Made by a program: the position numbers and the translations under genes. From Elusimicrobiota bacterium (GTDB lineage: Bacteria; CAYTYR01; UBA6262): a DNA stretch of 64,000 bases. Below the pieces are notes generated by a model. The model worked only from the letters and a program-made list of their open reading frames with translations. It did not search any database and was not told the origin of the DNA. The DNA is taken from NCBI GenBank assembly GCA_003153935.1, contig PMCA01000034.1:561-64560 (forward strand), read 5' to 3'. Positions within the stretch are counted from its first letter, which is position 1, and each line of letters begins with the position of its first letter. Positions 17,544 through 27,612 of this stretch are shown here, piece after piece.

Positions 17544-17643
17544 GTGTCTCGAATTGATTTCTTGGACATCATGATTTTCGAAATAAGCTTCAAGAGCCTT
17601 GGTTCGAAAACCAGATGTCTCTGCGAAATCAACCACTCGACAC
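17544..17643 (+). repeat. 100-bp palindromic repeat, copy 3
   Basis: Nested stems gtgtc/gacac, ttgatttc/gaaatcaa, gacatc/gatgtc, ttttcgaa/ttcgaaaa. Confidence 0.92.
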
Positions 17644-17663
17644 CCATCTACGGGGACTAGCAC

Positions 17664-18245
17664 ATGTTAAAGATCGGATTAACCGGAAATATCGCATCGG
17701 GCAAGAGTACGGTGGCGGAGGTTTGGCGGAAGATGGGGGCCGAGATCATCGATGTGGATGAGTTGGCGCATGACCTCTATAGGCCGCGCAGCGTTATCTG
17801 GCGGAAAGTGTTCAAAGCCTTCGGTCCGGATATTGTTAGAAACGATAAAACTATCAACAGGGCAATATTAGCCGCTCTGGTATTCTCTGACCGCAAAAAA
17901 CTGAAAAAGCTGGAGAAGATAATGTATCCGGCCATAGTCAAAGAGCTGAAAAGGCAGATGGCACAGGCCAAAGGCAAAATAGTGGTGGCTGATATGGCTA
18001 TCCTCTTCGAAGCCCGGGCGCAGAAACTTTTTGATAAGATAGTATTAGTTAAGGTATCCAAAGCCAACCAGGTAAAACGGTTACTCAAAAGCCGGAAACT
18101 TACAAAATCCCAGGCGCTGAGCAGAATAGGCGCTTTTAAGTCCCAAACCGGCAAAATAACCCAAAGCGACCACACAATTGACGGTAACCTGCCCCTGATC
18201 CGCATGCAAAAGCAGGCCCGGGAATTATTTAGAAAAATACCTTGA
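17664..18245 (+). CDS. coaE: Dephospho-CoA kinase
   Basis: IGLTGNIASGKSTV P-loop, INRAILAALVF; polA-mutM-coaE synteny. Confidence 0.93.
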   Translation: MLKIGLTGNIASGKSTVAEVWRKMGAEIIDVDELAHDLYRPRSVIWRKVFKAFGPDIVRNDKTINRAILAALVFSDRKKLKKLEKIMYPAIVKELKRQMAQAKGKIVVADMAILFEARAQKLFDKIVLVKVSKANQVKRLLKSRKLTKSQALSRIGAFKSQTGKITQSDHTIDGNLPLIRMQKQARELFRKIP

Positions 18246-18270
18246 CGAAAGGGCGTTTTTACAGTATAGT
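18242..18270 (+). promoter_or_regulatory. Sigma70-type promoter for rho
   Basis: TTGACG (18242-18247), 17 bp, TATAGT (18265-18270). Confidence 0.75.
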
Positions 18271-18423
18271 ATATGAAACATTAATACTGCTTTTAAGTCC
18301 ACAGGAGTTCTCTCCATTTTAACAGCATGTCATTAACACAATCCAAAACAGCAAAACCCTGAGTATTGATCGCTATATAGCAATATTACGGTTTGGTACG
18401 TATTTATAACGGGAGGAAGTAAA

Positions 18424-19707
18424 ATGGAAAATGCAGCACAAGGTGCAGCGTTAGATATGGCTGCTTTGGCAAAACGGACTGTTTCCGATCTGACGGAGAT
18501 AGCCAAAGACCTGAAAATGGAATCAGTCAGCGGGCTGAAAAAGCAGGAGATCATCTTTAAGATCCTGCAGGCCCAGACTGAAAAAAGCGGCCTGATCTTC
18601 GATGAAGGCGTCCTGGAGATATTGCCGGACGGCTTCGGTTTTTTACGCTCGCCGCAATATAACTATTTAGCCGGGCCGGACGATATTTACGTTTCTCCCA
18701 GCCAGATCCGCCGTTTCGACCTGCGCAAAGGCGATACCATCAGCGGCCAGGTCAGGCCTCCCAAGGAAGGCGAGAGATATTTCGCCCTGCTGAAGATCGA
18801 GGCGGTCAACAGCGCCAACCCCGATGACATCAAAAAAAGAATTCTATTCGATAACCTAACTCCCTTATATCCGCAAGCCAAGCTGAACCTGGAAACCACC
18901 CAGGAAGAGATATCCATGCGCATCATGGACATGTTCACCCCGATAGGCAAGGGCCAGCGCGGCCTGATAGTATCCCCGCCGCGGGCCGGCAAGACCATTC
19001 TCCTGCAAAAACTCGCCAATGCCATCAGCACCAATCATCCGGAAGTATCCCTGATAGTCCTATTGATAGACGAGAGACCGGAAGAAGTGACGGATATGCA
19101 GCGGTCGGTCAAGGGAGAGGTAATTTCCTCCACTTTTGACGAGCCGAGCGAACGGCATATCCAGGTGGCCGAAATGGTTATAGAGAAAGCGAAAAGGCTT
19201 GTAGAACAGAAGAAAGATGTGGTAATATTACTGGACAGCATAACCCGGTTAGCCAGGGCTTATAATGCCACGGTCCCGCCCAGCGGCAAAGTGCTCAGCG
19301 GTGGCGTGGATTCGAATGCCTTGCAGCGGCCCAAGAGGTTCTTTGGCGCCGCTCGTAATATTGAAGAGGGTGGCAGTCTGACGATCATGGCTACGGCGCT
19401 GGTAGAGACCGGCTCCCGCATGGACGAAGTCATATTTGAAGAATTTAAGGGTACCGGCAACATGGAAATGATCCTGGACCGCCGGTTGGTAGACAAGCGA
19501 GTGTTCCCGGCCCTGGACATCAACAAGTCCGGCACGCGGCGCGAGGAATTACTGCTCAGTGAAGATGAATTGAACAAGGTCTGGATCCTGCGTAAGGTGC
19601 TCAATACCTTAAGCGTGGTAGAGACCATGGAACTGGTAGCGGAAAAGGTACGCAAGACTAAGAGCAACAAGGAATTCCTGAAATCGATGGAATTCAACGG
19701 CAGATAA
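18424..19707 (+). CDS. rho: Transcription termination factor Rho
   Basis: [59 protein letters not shown]. Confidence 0.98.
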   Translation: MENAAQGAALDMAALAKRTVSDLTEIAKDLKMESVSGLKKQEIIFKILQAQTEKSGLIFDEGVLEILPDGFGFLRSPQYNYLAGPDDIYVSPSQIRRFDLRKGDTISGQVRPPKEGERYFALLKIEAVNSANPDDIKKRILFDNLTPLYPQAKLNLETTQEEISMRIMDMFTPIGKGQRGLIVSPPRAGKTILLQKLANAISTNHPEVSLIVLLIDERPEEVTDMQRSVKGEVISSTFDEPSERHIQVAEMVIEKAKRLVEQKKDVVILLDSITRLARAYNATVPPSGKVLSGGVDSNALQRPKRFFGAARNIEEGGSLTIMATALVETGSRMDEVIFEEFKGTGNMEMILDRRLVDKRVFPALDINKSGTRREELLLSEDELNKVWILRKVLNTLSVVETMELVAEKVRKTKSNKEFLKSMEFNGR

Positions 19708-19733
19708 TAAAAAACACCAAGGAGGAAGTCGCG

Positions 19734-20051
19734 ATGAAAGAAGGAACACACCCCCAGTATAAGGAAACCGTAATTAAGTGTGTATGCGGGGCCACTTATA
19801 AAACACGGTCAACCAAAGAGAATATCCACGTGGATATCTGCTCAGCCTGCCATCCGTTCTACACCGGTAAACAGAAGCTGGTAGATACGGCGGGTATGGT
19901 GGAGAAATTCCAGAAGAGACTGTCCAAGAAGACTGGCGAAGAAAAGAAAGTGAAAGGCAAAAAGGCCAAAGCCGCGGCTAAAGAGAAAAAAGTAGAGAAG
20001 GCCAAAAAAGAGAAAAAAGCGGCAGCCGAAACCGAAAAACAGACTTCTTAG
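19734..20051 (+). CDS. rpmE: 50S ribosomal protein L31 (Zn-binding type) with Lys/Ala/Glu-rich tail
   Basis: [25 protein letters not shown]. Confidence 0.95.
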   Translation: MKEGTHPQYKETVIKCVCGATYKTRSTKENIHVDICSACHPFYTGKQKLVDTAGMVEKFQKRLSKKTGEEKKVKGKKAKAAAKEKKVEKAKKEKKAAAETEKQTS

Positions 20052-20069
20052 AACGCTAATAAATGCTAA

Positions 20070-20105
20070 AACAAAAAGGACAGAATACATCTGTCCTTTT
20101 TTGTT
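20070..20105 (+). terminator. Intrinsic terminator after rpmE
   Basis: aaggacag-aatacat-ctgtcctt hairpin with a preceding A-run and following T-run. Confidence 0.8.
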
Positions 20106-20116
20106 AGGAGAAGATA

Positions 20117-21064
20117 TTGGCAGAAAATGATAAATTAAAGAAGATCGGCGGGCAGGCAGTGATCGAGGGCGTGATGATGCGCTCACCGCGGTTCTACGCT
20201 GTCGCGGTCCGGAATCCTCAGGGAGAGATCGTCGTCAAGAGCGAACCGGTAGTATCTCTCGCCAGCAAGTACGCGATATTCAAAAAGTTCCTCCTCCGGG
20301 GCATATTGGTTTTAGTCGAGAGCCTGGTTCTGGGTATTAAGGCCCTCAACTATTCGGCTGATATCCAGATGACCGAGTTGGAAAAAGAAAAAGACAAAAA
20401 GCCGCAGAATAACACCTGGCTCTGGTTCAGCACTATCGCTTTTGCCATGATCTTCGGTGTCGGACTTTTCGTGATCCTGCCGTACTGGCTGACCACCAAA
20501 GTCATTCACTATGGTTTTGCTTTTAACGTGATTGACGGGGCTGTCAGAATAGCGGTTTTTGTCCTGTATATTTACGCTATCTCTACTATGAAAGATATCC
20601 GGGCGATCTTCCGCTATCACGGCGCGGAGCACAAAGCGGTATTCGCCCAGGAAGCCGGTGAAGAGCTGACCGTGGAGAACGCGCGGAAATACTCGCCGTT
20701 GCACCCGCGCTGCGGTACGGCTTTCCTCTTAGTGGTGATGGTAGTGGCGATAATCGTCTTTTCCATTATCCCCATAAGCAAAGAATGGCCGAAGCTGTAC
20801 CAGACCCTGGCCAAGATCGGTATCCGCATCGTGTTCATACCGCTGATCGCGGGGCTCAGTTATGAGATCATCAAATGGGCGGACCGAAAACGCAACGCTT
20901 TTACCAGAATGTTGATCGCTCCGGGTTTATGGCTGCAGAACCTGACTACCAAGGAGCCGAACGATAAAGAGATAGAAGTGGCGATAGCCGCTTTGAAAGA
21001 AGTCATAAGGAAAGAAAAAGAAAGCACAGGTGAAGCCGATGATTCTATTGAAGTTGTTCCTTAG
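20117..21064 (+). CDS. DUF1385 family membrane protein
   Basis: GGQAVIEGVMMRS, FRYHGAEHK, HPRCGTAF, TTKEP; usual rpmE-DUF1385-prfA/prmC context. Confidence 0.92.
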   Translation: MAENDKLKKIGGQAVIEGVMMRSPRFYAVAVRNPQGEIVVKSEPVVSLASKYAIFKKFLLRGILVLVESLVLGIKALNYSADIQMTELEKEKDKKPQNNTWLWFSTIAFAMIFGVGLFVILPYWLTTKVIHYGFAFNVIDGAVRIAVFVLYIYAISTMKDIRAIFRYHGAEHKAVFAQEAGEELTVENARKYSPLHPRCGTAFLLVVMVVAIIVFSIIPISKEWPKLYQTLAKIGIRIVFIPLIAGLSYEIIKWADRKRNAFTRMLIAPGLWLQNLTTKEPNDKEIEVAIAALKEVIRKEKESTGEADDSIEVVP

Positions 21065-21557
21065 CTTTTTAAAAGTCGGATTTTTCGTTTTCGGCGGCGG
21101 ATATGCGATGCTGCCGATGATCCAGTCGGAGGTCACCGGTAATAACTGGCTGACCGTGGACCAGTTCATGGACGGATTAGTGCTGGGCAATTCCCTGCCC
21201 GGACCTCTGGCGATCAATATGAGCACCTATACCGGCTATAAAGTGGCGGGCATACCGGGCGCTTTCCTGGCGACGGTGGGTATCTGCCTGCCGGCCTTTG
21301 TTTTGACCATGATCGGCGCGTATCTGATCATCCAGTATAAGAATAATCCCTATTTAAAGAAGGTTATGCTGGCTCTGCAGCCGGCGGTAGTGGCTTTGAT
21401 CGCGGTAGCGCTATTCTCGGTCACCCGGAACGCGACAGCTTGGAACCTGAAATCGGCTCTGCTGGCGCTGGCCAGTTTCATCACCTTGATAGTTTTTAAA
21501 GTCAATCCCCTTTATGTTATTTTGGTCTGCGGGGTTATCGGTTTCCTGATATTCTGA
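21030..21557 (+). CDS. Short-chain chromate transporter (CHR family)
   Basis: [37 protein letters not shown]. Confidence 0.88.
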   Translation: MKPMILLKLFLSFLKVGFFVFGGGYAMLPMIQSEVTGNNWLTVDQFMDGLVLGNSLPGPLAINMSTYTGYKVAGIPGAFLATVGICLPAFVLTMIGAYLIIQYKNNPYLKKVMLALQPAVVALIAVALFSVTRNATAWNLKSALLALASFITLIVFKVNPLYVILVCGVIGFLIF

Positions 21558-21573
21558 AGAAGAGGTAAATATA

Positions 21574-22650
21574 GTGTTAGAAAAATTAGAAACAATAAAA
21601 CAAAGATATGATGAGCTGTCCAACCTGCTGTCAAACCCGGCCGCTCTTAGCGGCCAGGATTTCCAGCGCCTGGCCAAGGAACATTCCAGCCTGGCCAAAA
21701 CCGTGGCCAAGTATAACGAGTATGAGAGCGTGGTGCAGGAATTAAAGCACGTGCAGGAGATGCTCAAGAGCCCTGACGCCGAGATGAAAGCTTTGGCAGA
21801 AGAGGAATTGAAGGATTTAACGGATAAAAGGGCGGTCCTGGAAAAGGAATTGACCGTGCTCCTGATACCGCCCGATCCCGATGACGGCAAGAATATCATC
21901 ATGGAGATCAGGGCCGGCACAGGCGGGGATGAAGCGGCCCTGTTCGCGGCCGACCTATTCAGGATGTATTCCCGCTATGTGGCTAACAAGGGTTGGAAGA
22001 TAGAAATGATGGATTCCCACGGCACCGATAAGAGCGGCTTCAAAGAGGTGATTTTTAACGTCAGCGGGACCGACGTTTACAAACATATGAAGTTCGAGAG
22101 CGGTGTGCACCGGGTCCAGCGCGTACCGGAAACCGAGGCCAGCGGGCGTATCCATACCTCCGCCGTGTCTGTAGCGGTACTGCCGGAAGCCGAAGAGATA
22201 GATGTTAAGATCAACCCTGAGGACCTGAGAATAGATACTTATTGCGCCGGGGGCCCTGGCGGCCAGTGCGTGAACACTACTTATTCCGCGGTCCGTATCA
22301 TACATATCCCTACCGGATTGATAGTACAGTGCCAGGATGAACGGTCGCAGATCAAGAACCGGGCCAAAGCCATGAAGGTGCTGATGGCGCGCCTGCTGGA
22401 ACGCGAGCGGCAGGAACGGGAAAAAGCGCAATCCCAGAACCGCAAGGCCCAGATCGGTACCGGGGACCGGAGCGAGAAGATCCGCACTTATAATTTCCCG
22501 CAGGACCGGGTAACTGACCACCGTATCGGCCTGTCACTGCATAATATCGGAGCGATCATGGAAGGGGAGATCGATGACCTGGTAACTTCCCTGTTGGCGG
22601 CAGAAGAAGAAAAGAAACTGCAAAGCTTGAAAGAAAGCGACGCCACATGA
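21574..22650 (+). CDS. prfA: Peptide chain release factor 1
   Basis: [22 protein letters not shown] (PxT), [18 protein letters not shown]. Confidence 0.97.
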   Translation: MLEKLETIKQRYDELSNLLSNPAALSGQDFQRLAKEHSSLAKTVAKYNEYESVVQELKHVQEMLKSPDAEMKALAEEELKDLTDKRAVLEKELTVLLIPPDPDDGKNIIMEIRAGTGGDEAALFAADLFRMYSRYVANKGWKIEMMDSHGTDKSGFKEVIFNVSGTDVYKHMKFESGVHRVQRVPETEASGRIHTSAVSVAVLPEAEEIDVKINPEDLRIDTYCAGGPGGQCVNTTYSAVRIIHIPTGLIVQCQDERSQIKNRAKAMKVLMARLLERERQEREKAQSQNRKAQIGTGDRSEKIRTYNFPQDRVTDHRIGLSLHNIGAIMEGEIDDLVTSLLAAEEEKKLQSLKESDAT

Positions 22651-23498
22651 CCTGGGGCGAGCTGCTTAATTGGGCCGCGCAACTTTTGAAAAAAGCGGGG
22701 GTAGATAAGCCGGGCCTGGAAGCGGAATTACTGCTGGCGGAAACCCTGGGAATACCCAGATTAGAGTTAATGTTGTGCCGCCGGGAGACAGCCAAGCGGG
22801 CAGGTATTAAGAAATTTAAAAAATTTATAACCTTACGCCGGAGAAGAATACCAGCCGCCTATATTTTACAGAACGCTTTCTTCTATGGATTGAAATTTAG
22901 TATTGAAAAAGGGGTGCTGATACCGCGGCCGGAGACGGAGCTGCTGGTTGAGGAGACACTAAAAGCCGTTCATCGTTCATCGTTCATCGTTGATAGTAAA
23001 AAGATTAAAATACTTGATGTTGGGACGGGGAGCGGGGCGATAGCTGTGACGCTGGCTAAGAATCTGGAAGCTGCCCGGGTATACGGGACCGATGTTTCGG
23101 CCAAGGCCCTGACAGTAACGCGGAAGAATGCCATCAGCCATAAAGTAGCCGGGCGCTTACGCTTGAAACGTGGGAGCCTGCTGGCCGGACTGCCCGGGAA
23201 GTTTGATATAATAATTTCCAATCCGCCTTATATAAACGAGCGGGATATGAAGCGTTTGCAGCCGGAGGTCAATTACGAACCCAGGACGGCGCTGTCCGGC
23301 GGCCAAGACGGCCTGGACTTTTACCGCAAGATAATACCGCTGGCCAGGGAGCGACTGGCGACCAAAGGTTTCCTGGCCCTGGAGATCGGCTATGATCAGG
23401 CCGGAGCCATAGAAAAGATGTTAAGGACGAGAGGGTTTGAACGGATAGAAATAAAGAAAGATTACGCGGGTATAGACCGAATAATAATCGCAAGCTAA
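22647..23498 (+). CDS. prmC: Release factor glutamine methyltransferase
   Basis: [37 protein letters not shown]. Confidence 0.95.
   Translation: MTWGELLNWAAQLLKKAGVDKPGLEAELLLAETLGIPRLELMLCRRETAKRAGIKKFKKFITLRRRRIPAAYILQNAFFYGLKFSIEKGVLIPRPETELLVEETLKAVHRSSFIVDSKKIKILDVGTGSGAIAVTLAKNLEAARVYGTDVSAKALTVTRKNAISHKVAGRLRLKRGSLLAGLPGKFDIIISNPPYINERDMKRLQPEVNYEPRTALSGGQDGLDFYRKIIPLARERLATKGFLALEIGYDQAGAIEKMLRTRGFERIEIKKDYAGIDRIIIAS
22967..22994. repeat. Heptamer tandem repeat inside prmC
   Basis: cgttcat x3 plus cgttgat; encodes VHRSSFIVD. Confidence 0.85.
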
Positions 23499-23507
23499 AG
23501 GAATCCC

Positions 23508-24758
23508 ATGGATAGAATTGTCATAACCGGCGGCAGGAAATTAAAAGGCGAAGTCATTATCAGTGGCAGCAAAAACGCCGCGTTACCGATACAGGTAGCG
23601 ACCTTGCTTACTGACGAGCGCTGCCTGTTGACCAACGTACCCAGATTGCGCGATATTTACACCATGAATGAGGTACTCAAGGCAATTGGGTCCGAAGTAA
23701 AAGAAACTACCGCTGGATTCAGTTTCCAAAGCAAGCCTAAGCAGAAAAAAGTTGCTCCTTACGAGCTGGTCAAGACCATGAGAGCGTCAGTACTGGTAGT
23801 TGGCCCTTTGCTGGTGCGTTTGGGTGAAGCTAAAGTAGCTCTGCCCGGCGGCTGCGCGATTGGCCAAAGGCCGATCAACATCCATTTGGACGGATTCAAG
23901 AAACTGGGAGCTAAAGTTGAGATCAAGGAAGGTTATGTTCACCTAAAAGCCAAGAAATTAATCGGTACCAAGATAACCTTTGGTTTTCCCAGCGTAGGGG
24001 CAACGGAGAACCTGATGATGGCCGCGGTCCTGAGCGAAGGCCGGACCATTATTGAGAACGCTGCCCGTGAACCGGAGATCGTGGACCTGGCGGATTTCCT
24101 GGTAAAAATGGGCGCCCAGGTCAGCGGGGCCGGCTCCGGCGTTATCAAGATAAACGGGGTGAAGGAACTACACGGCTGTGAGCATCGGGTGATCCCGGAC
24201 CGGATAGAAACTGGAACTTTTATTATCGCCAGCGCCATAACCGGCGGGGAGATCAAGATCAGGAACGCCCGGCTGGACCACCTTGATGCCTTGATCGACA
24301 AGCTTAACCAAACGGGAGTAAAGATAGAAAAGAAGGAAGACTATATACTGGTGGACGGGACGTCAAAATTAAGTCCCCTGGAAATAGAGACCATGCCTTA
24401 CCCTGGGTTTCCGACCGACATGCAGGCCCAGGTCATGAGCCTGATGTGCGTTACGCCCGGAACCAGTATTTTCACGGAAAACATCTTTGAGAACCGCTTC
24501 ATGCATGTGTCGGAATTGCAGAGGATGGGCGCGGAGATCGGCTTGAAGGGTAATGTGGCCTTTGTCAAAGGGGTGAAAAACCTGAGCGGGGCCCCGGTGA
24601 TGGCCACTGACCTGAGGGCCAGCGCTGCCCTGGTGCTTGCCGGCCTGGTAGCCAAAGGGGAAACCGACATATCCCGTATCTATCACCTGGACCGGGGCTA
24701 TGAGCAGATAGAAGTAAAATTGGCCAAATTGGGCGCGAAAATCAAGAGAATTAAGTGA
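23508..24758 (+). CDS. murA: UDP-N-acetylglucosamine 1-carboxyvinyltransferase
   Basis: SGSKNAALP, PGGCAIGQRP (catalytic Cys), PGFPTDMQ, TDLRA, HLDRGYE. Confidence 0.97.
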   Translation: MDRIVITGGRKLKGEVIISGSKNAALPIQVATLLTDERCLLTNVPRLRDIYTMNEVLKAIGSEVKETTAGFSFQSKPKQKKVAPYELVKTMRASVLVVGPLLVRLGEAKVALPGGCAIGQRPINIHLDGFKKLGAKVEIKEGYVHLKAKKLIGTKITFGFPSVGATENLMMAAVLSEGRTIIENAAREPEIVDLADFLVKMGAQVSGAGSGVIKINGVKELHGCEHRVIPDRIETGTFIIASAITGGEIKIRNARLDHLDALIDKLNQTGVKIEKKEDYILVDGTSKLSPLEIETMPYPGFPTDMQAQVMSLMCVTPGTSIFTENIFENRFMHVSELQRMGAEIGLKGNVAFVKGVKNLSGAPVMATDLRASAALVLAGLVAKGETDISRIYHLDRGYEQIEVKLAKLGAKIKRIK

Positions 24759-24775
24759 TATTTACCCGCGCTTTA

Positions 24776-24784
24776 TGCTATAAT
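24776..24784 (+). promoter_or_regulatory. Extended -10 element upstream of hisD
   Basis: TGcTATAAT 10 nt before the hisD ATG; no clear -35. Confidence 0.5.
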
Positions 24785-24794
24785 AGGAGATAAC

Positions 24795-25961
24795 ATGGAA
24801 AGTATCGAAAAAACAGTAAGAGAGATCATCACGGAAGTGAAAAAAGACGGTGATAAAGCCGTTCTAAGGTTCACCCGTGACTTTGACGGGTATTCCTTAA
24901 ATAGCGTTGGTTTGCGCCTGTCCGATAATGCCCTGCAAGACAGCGTAAACAAGGTGTCCAAAGAGTTCTTAAAGGCGCTAAAAAAGGCCAAGAAAAATAT
25001 AGAGGTTTTCCAGCGTAAGGTACTACCCAAATCATGGCAGATGACCAGGAACGGTATAACCACCGGGGAAAAATATTCACCGATCGAAACGGTCGGGATT
25101 TACGTGCCAGGCGGGAAATACCCGTATCCTTCTACCGTGCTGATGACCGCAGTTCCGGCCAAAGTAGCCGGGGTTAAAAAGATCGTTATGGTAACGCCGC
25201 CTAATAATGTTAATAATGACGTGCTGGCCGCCGCGTATCTTTGCGGGGTCAACGAGGTATATCAGGTCGGCGGGGCACAGGCCATCGCCGCACTGGCTTA
25301 TGGAACCGAAACTATTCCGAAAGTAGACAAAATAGTAGGACCGGGTAATGTTTATGTCTCGGTAGCCAAGAAACTGGTTTTCGGAGACGTCGGCATTGAT
25401 ACTATCGCCGGTCCCAGCGAAGTAATCGTGATCGCTGATGATTCGGTTAAAACCGAGTACGTGATCACGGACTTGATGGCGCAGGCGGAACACGGCAGCG
25501 GCGCCAATGCCCTGTTGCTGACCTGCTCAGCCAAGCTGTATAAGCGGGTAAAAGCCAAGATAGGGCATGTTAAAAATGTGAAATTACACCTGGCGGAAAA
25601 TAACCAGGAGATCATAGCCATAACCGATCAGCAGGCTCCGGAGCACGTGGAAGTCCTGACGCGGGACGCAGTCAGTTTGAGCAAGAAGATCACTAACGCC
25701 GGGGCGATTTTTGCCGGCGCTTATTCACCTACGGCTACCGGTGATTACCTAGCCGGCCCGAGTCATGTTCTACCGACCGGACGGACAGCCCGGTTTGCCA
25801 GCGGCTTGTCCAGCGCGGATTTTGTCAAGCGCTCCAGCCTGGTCAGTTGCACCAGGCAGGCGCTGCAAAAGAACGCCAAAGATATCATCGCTCTGGCTGA
25901 ACGCGAAGGCCTGAAGTACCACGGGGCCAGCATTATCCAGAGGACGGAGAAGAAAAAATGA
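24795..25961 (+). CDS. hisD: Histidinol dehydrogenase
   Basis: GIYVPGG, GGAQAIAALAYGT, GPGNVYV, AGPSE, QAEH, APEH, GDYLAGPSHVLPT. Confidence 0.96.
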   Translation: MESIEKTVREIITEVKKDGDKAVLRFTRDFDGYSLNSVGLRLSDNALQDSVNKVSKEFLKALKKAKKNIEVFQRKVLPKSWQMTRNGITTGEKYSPIETVGIYVPGGKYPYPSTVLMTAVPAKVAGVKKIVMVTPPNNVNNDVLAAAYLCGVNEVYQVGGAQAIAALAYGTETIPKVDKIVGPGNVYVSVAKKLVFGDVGIDTIAGPSEVIVIADDSVKTEYVITDLMAQAEHGSGANALLLTCSAKLYKRVKAKIGHVKNVKLHLAENNQEIIAITDQQAPEHVEVLTRDAVSLSKKITNAGAIFAGAYSPTATGDYLAGPSHVLPTGRTARFASGLSSADFVKRSSLVSCTRQALQKNAKDIIALAEREGLKYHGASIIQRTEKKK

Positions 25962-27016
25962 AGATCAATATTCAGGGGTTAGTACGGCCGGAAATCCGCA
26001 CCCTGGAGCCATATTTCGTTCCCGCGGGTAATTATGAGATTAAGCTTGACGCCATGGAAAACCCATATGATCTGCCTGCAGACCTTAAGAAAACGATCTC
26101 TAAAAAGATAAAGGGCTTGGCGTTCAACCGCTACCCGGACGCGGGGGCAGTAGCTCTGAGGAAAGCGATAGCGGGTTACCTGAAAGTTTCGGCTGACCAA
26201 ATACTGGTCGGCAACGGATCCGATGAACTGATCTTAGCGATACTGCTGACCTTCGGTGGTTGGGGCAAAAGGATAGTATATCCTGTCCCGACCTTTTCTG
26301 TTTATGGTATCCTGACCCAGGCGACCGGCGGCATTAAACGAGAGGTCTTCCTGGAGGAGGGGTTCCAGCTGGACCCGCGCAAGATCATGAAGGAATACCC
26401 GGACGTGGTTTTCCTGGCTTACCCTAACAATCCCACCGGCAATTGTTTCCCGAAGGACGAGATACTGGAGATTGCCGAAAAATCCCGTGGCATCGTGGTC
26501 ATTGACGAGGCATATTTTGAATTCTCCAACCGGACTTTTCTGAACCAACTGTATGAATATGATAATATCATCATCCTGAGGACTTTTTCCAAAGCCTTCA
26601 GCCTGGCGGGTTTGCGGGTGGGGTATTTGGTGGCCAATCCCCAAATAGTCAAAGAGATCGCTAAAGTCAAACTACCTTACAATGTGAATGCGGTCAGCCA
26701 GGCGGTGGCCGAGGTTATGGTTAAGAATATTAAGAGAGTGAACAAGACGGTGGACCTGATCAAACAGGAGAGGGCTGCCCTGATGGAGGAGTTAAAGAAT
26801 ATCGTCACTCCCTATCCGAGTGAAACCAATTTTATTCTTTTCCGTTGTGAGCGGGCGCAGGATCTGTACGCTTACCTGCTAAAGAAGAAGATATTGATAA
26901 AAGCTTTTGGCGAAACCTACCTGCGTGATTTCCTAAGGGTAACGGTGGGTACGCCGGCGGAAAACAAGAAGTTCCTGCTGGAAACAAAAAAATTTTTGCG
27001 GGGGAAAAATGCTTAA
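25958..27016 (+). CDS. hisC: Histidinol-phosphate aminotransferase
   Basis: NRYPD, GNGSDE, PNNPTG, IDEAY, RTFSKAFSLAGLRVGY. Confidence 0.96.
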   Translation: MKINIQGLVRPEIRTLEPYFVPAGNYEIKLDAMENPYDLPADLKKTISKKIKGLAFNRYPDAGAVALRKAIAGYLKVSADQILVGNGSDELILAILLTFGGWGKRIVYPVPTFSVYGILTQATGGIKREVFLEEGFQLDPRKIMKEYPDVVFLAYPNNPTGNCFPKDEILEIAEKSRGIVVIDEAYFEFSNRTFLNQLYEYDNIIILRTFSKAFSLAGLRVGYLVANPQIVKEIAKVKLPYNVNAVSQAVAEVMVKNIKRVNKTVDLIKQERAALMEELKNIVTPYPSETNFILFRCERAQDLYAYLLKKKILIKAFGETYLRDFLRVTVGTPAENKKFLLETKKFLRGKNA

Positions 27017-27611
27017 GAGGATAGCAACCGTAAAGCGCGACACCAAAGAAACCAAGATCGAGGTAAAGCTTAACCTGGATGGCAGCGGTAATTACCGGAT
27101 CGCTACCGGGATAGCGTTCCTGGATCATATGCTGGGATTATTCGCCAAGCACGGGTTATTCGACCTGGAAGTCAAAGCCAAAGGCGACCTGGATGTCGAT
27201 ATTCATCATACCAATGAAGACGTGGGTATCTGCCTGGGGTTGGCTTTTGACAAGGCCTTGGGAGACAAGAAGGGCATTAAGCGCTTTGCCGGCGCCGGTG
27301 TGCCGATGGATGAAGCGCTGGCCAGGATCACTCTGGATATCAGCGGCCGCCCGTCGCTCTATCTCACCCAGGACAAAAAGGTGAAGATCGCGGCCCGCAG
27401 CAAGTCTGAATATAACTTTGAGGATGCCAAGCATTTCCTGCGCTCATTCTGCCAGGAGGCTGGCATCAACGCGCACATCGATATCCTGGCCGGGGAAGAC
27501 CTGCACCATGTATTGGAATCTGTTTTTAAAGCCCTGGGGCGGTCGATGGACAACGCTACCAAGACCGACCCGAGAATAAAAGGCATACCAAGCACGAAAG
27601 GAACGATATAG
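27009..27611 (+). CDS. hisB: Imidazoleglycerol-phosphate dehydratase (monofunctional)
   Basis: FLDHML, DIHHTNED, MDEA, LHHVLESVFKA, PSTKG. Confidence 0.96.
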   Translation: MLKRIATVKRDTKETKIEVKLNLDGSGNYRIATGIAFLDHMLGLFAKHGLFDLEVKAKGDLDVDIHHTNEDVGICLGLAFDKALGDKKGIKRFAGAGVPMDEALARITLDISGRPSLYLTQDKKVKIAARSKSEYNFEDAKHFLRSFCQEAGINAHIDILAGEDLHHVLESVFKALGRSMDNATKTDPRIKGIPSTKGTI

Positions 27612-27612
27612 T

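Noticed and set aside
16459-17643. CRISPR array or integron attC sites for the 100-bp repeats
   Set aside because: Repeats are too long, mixed in orientation and not separated by regular spacers; no RYYYAAC/GTTRRRY core ends, and no cas or intI gene in the window.
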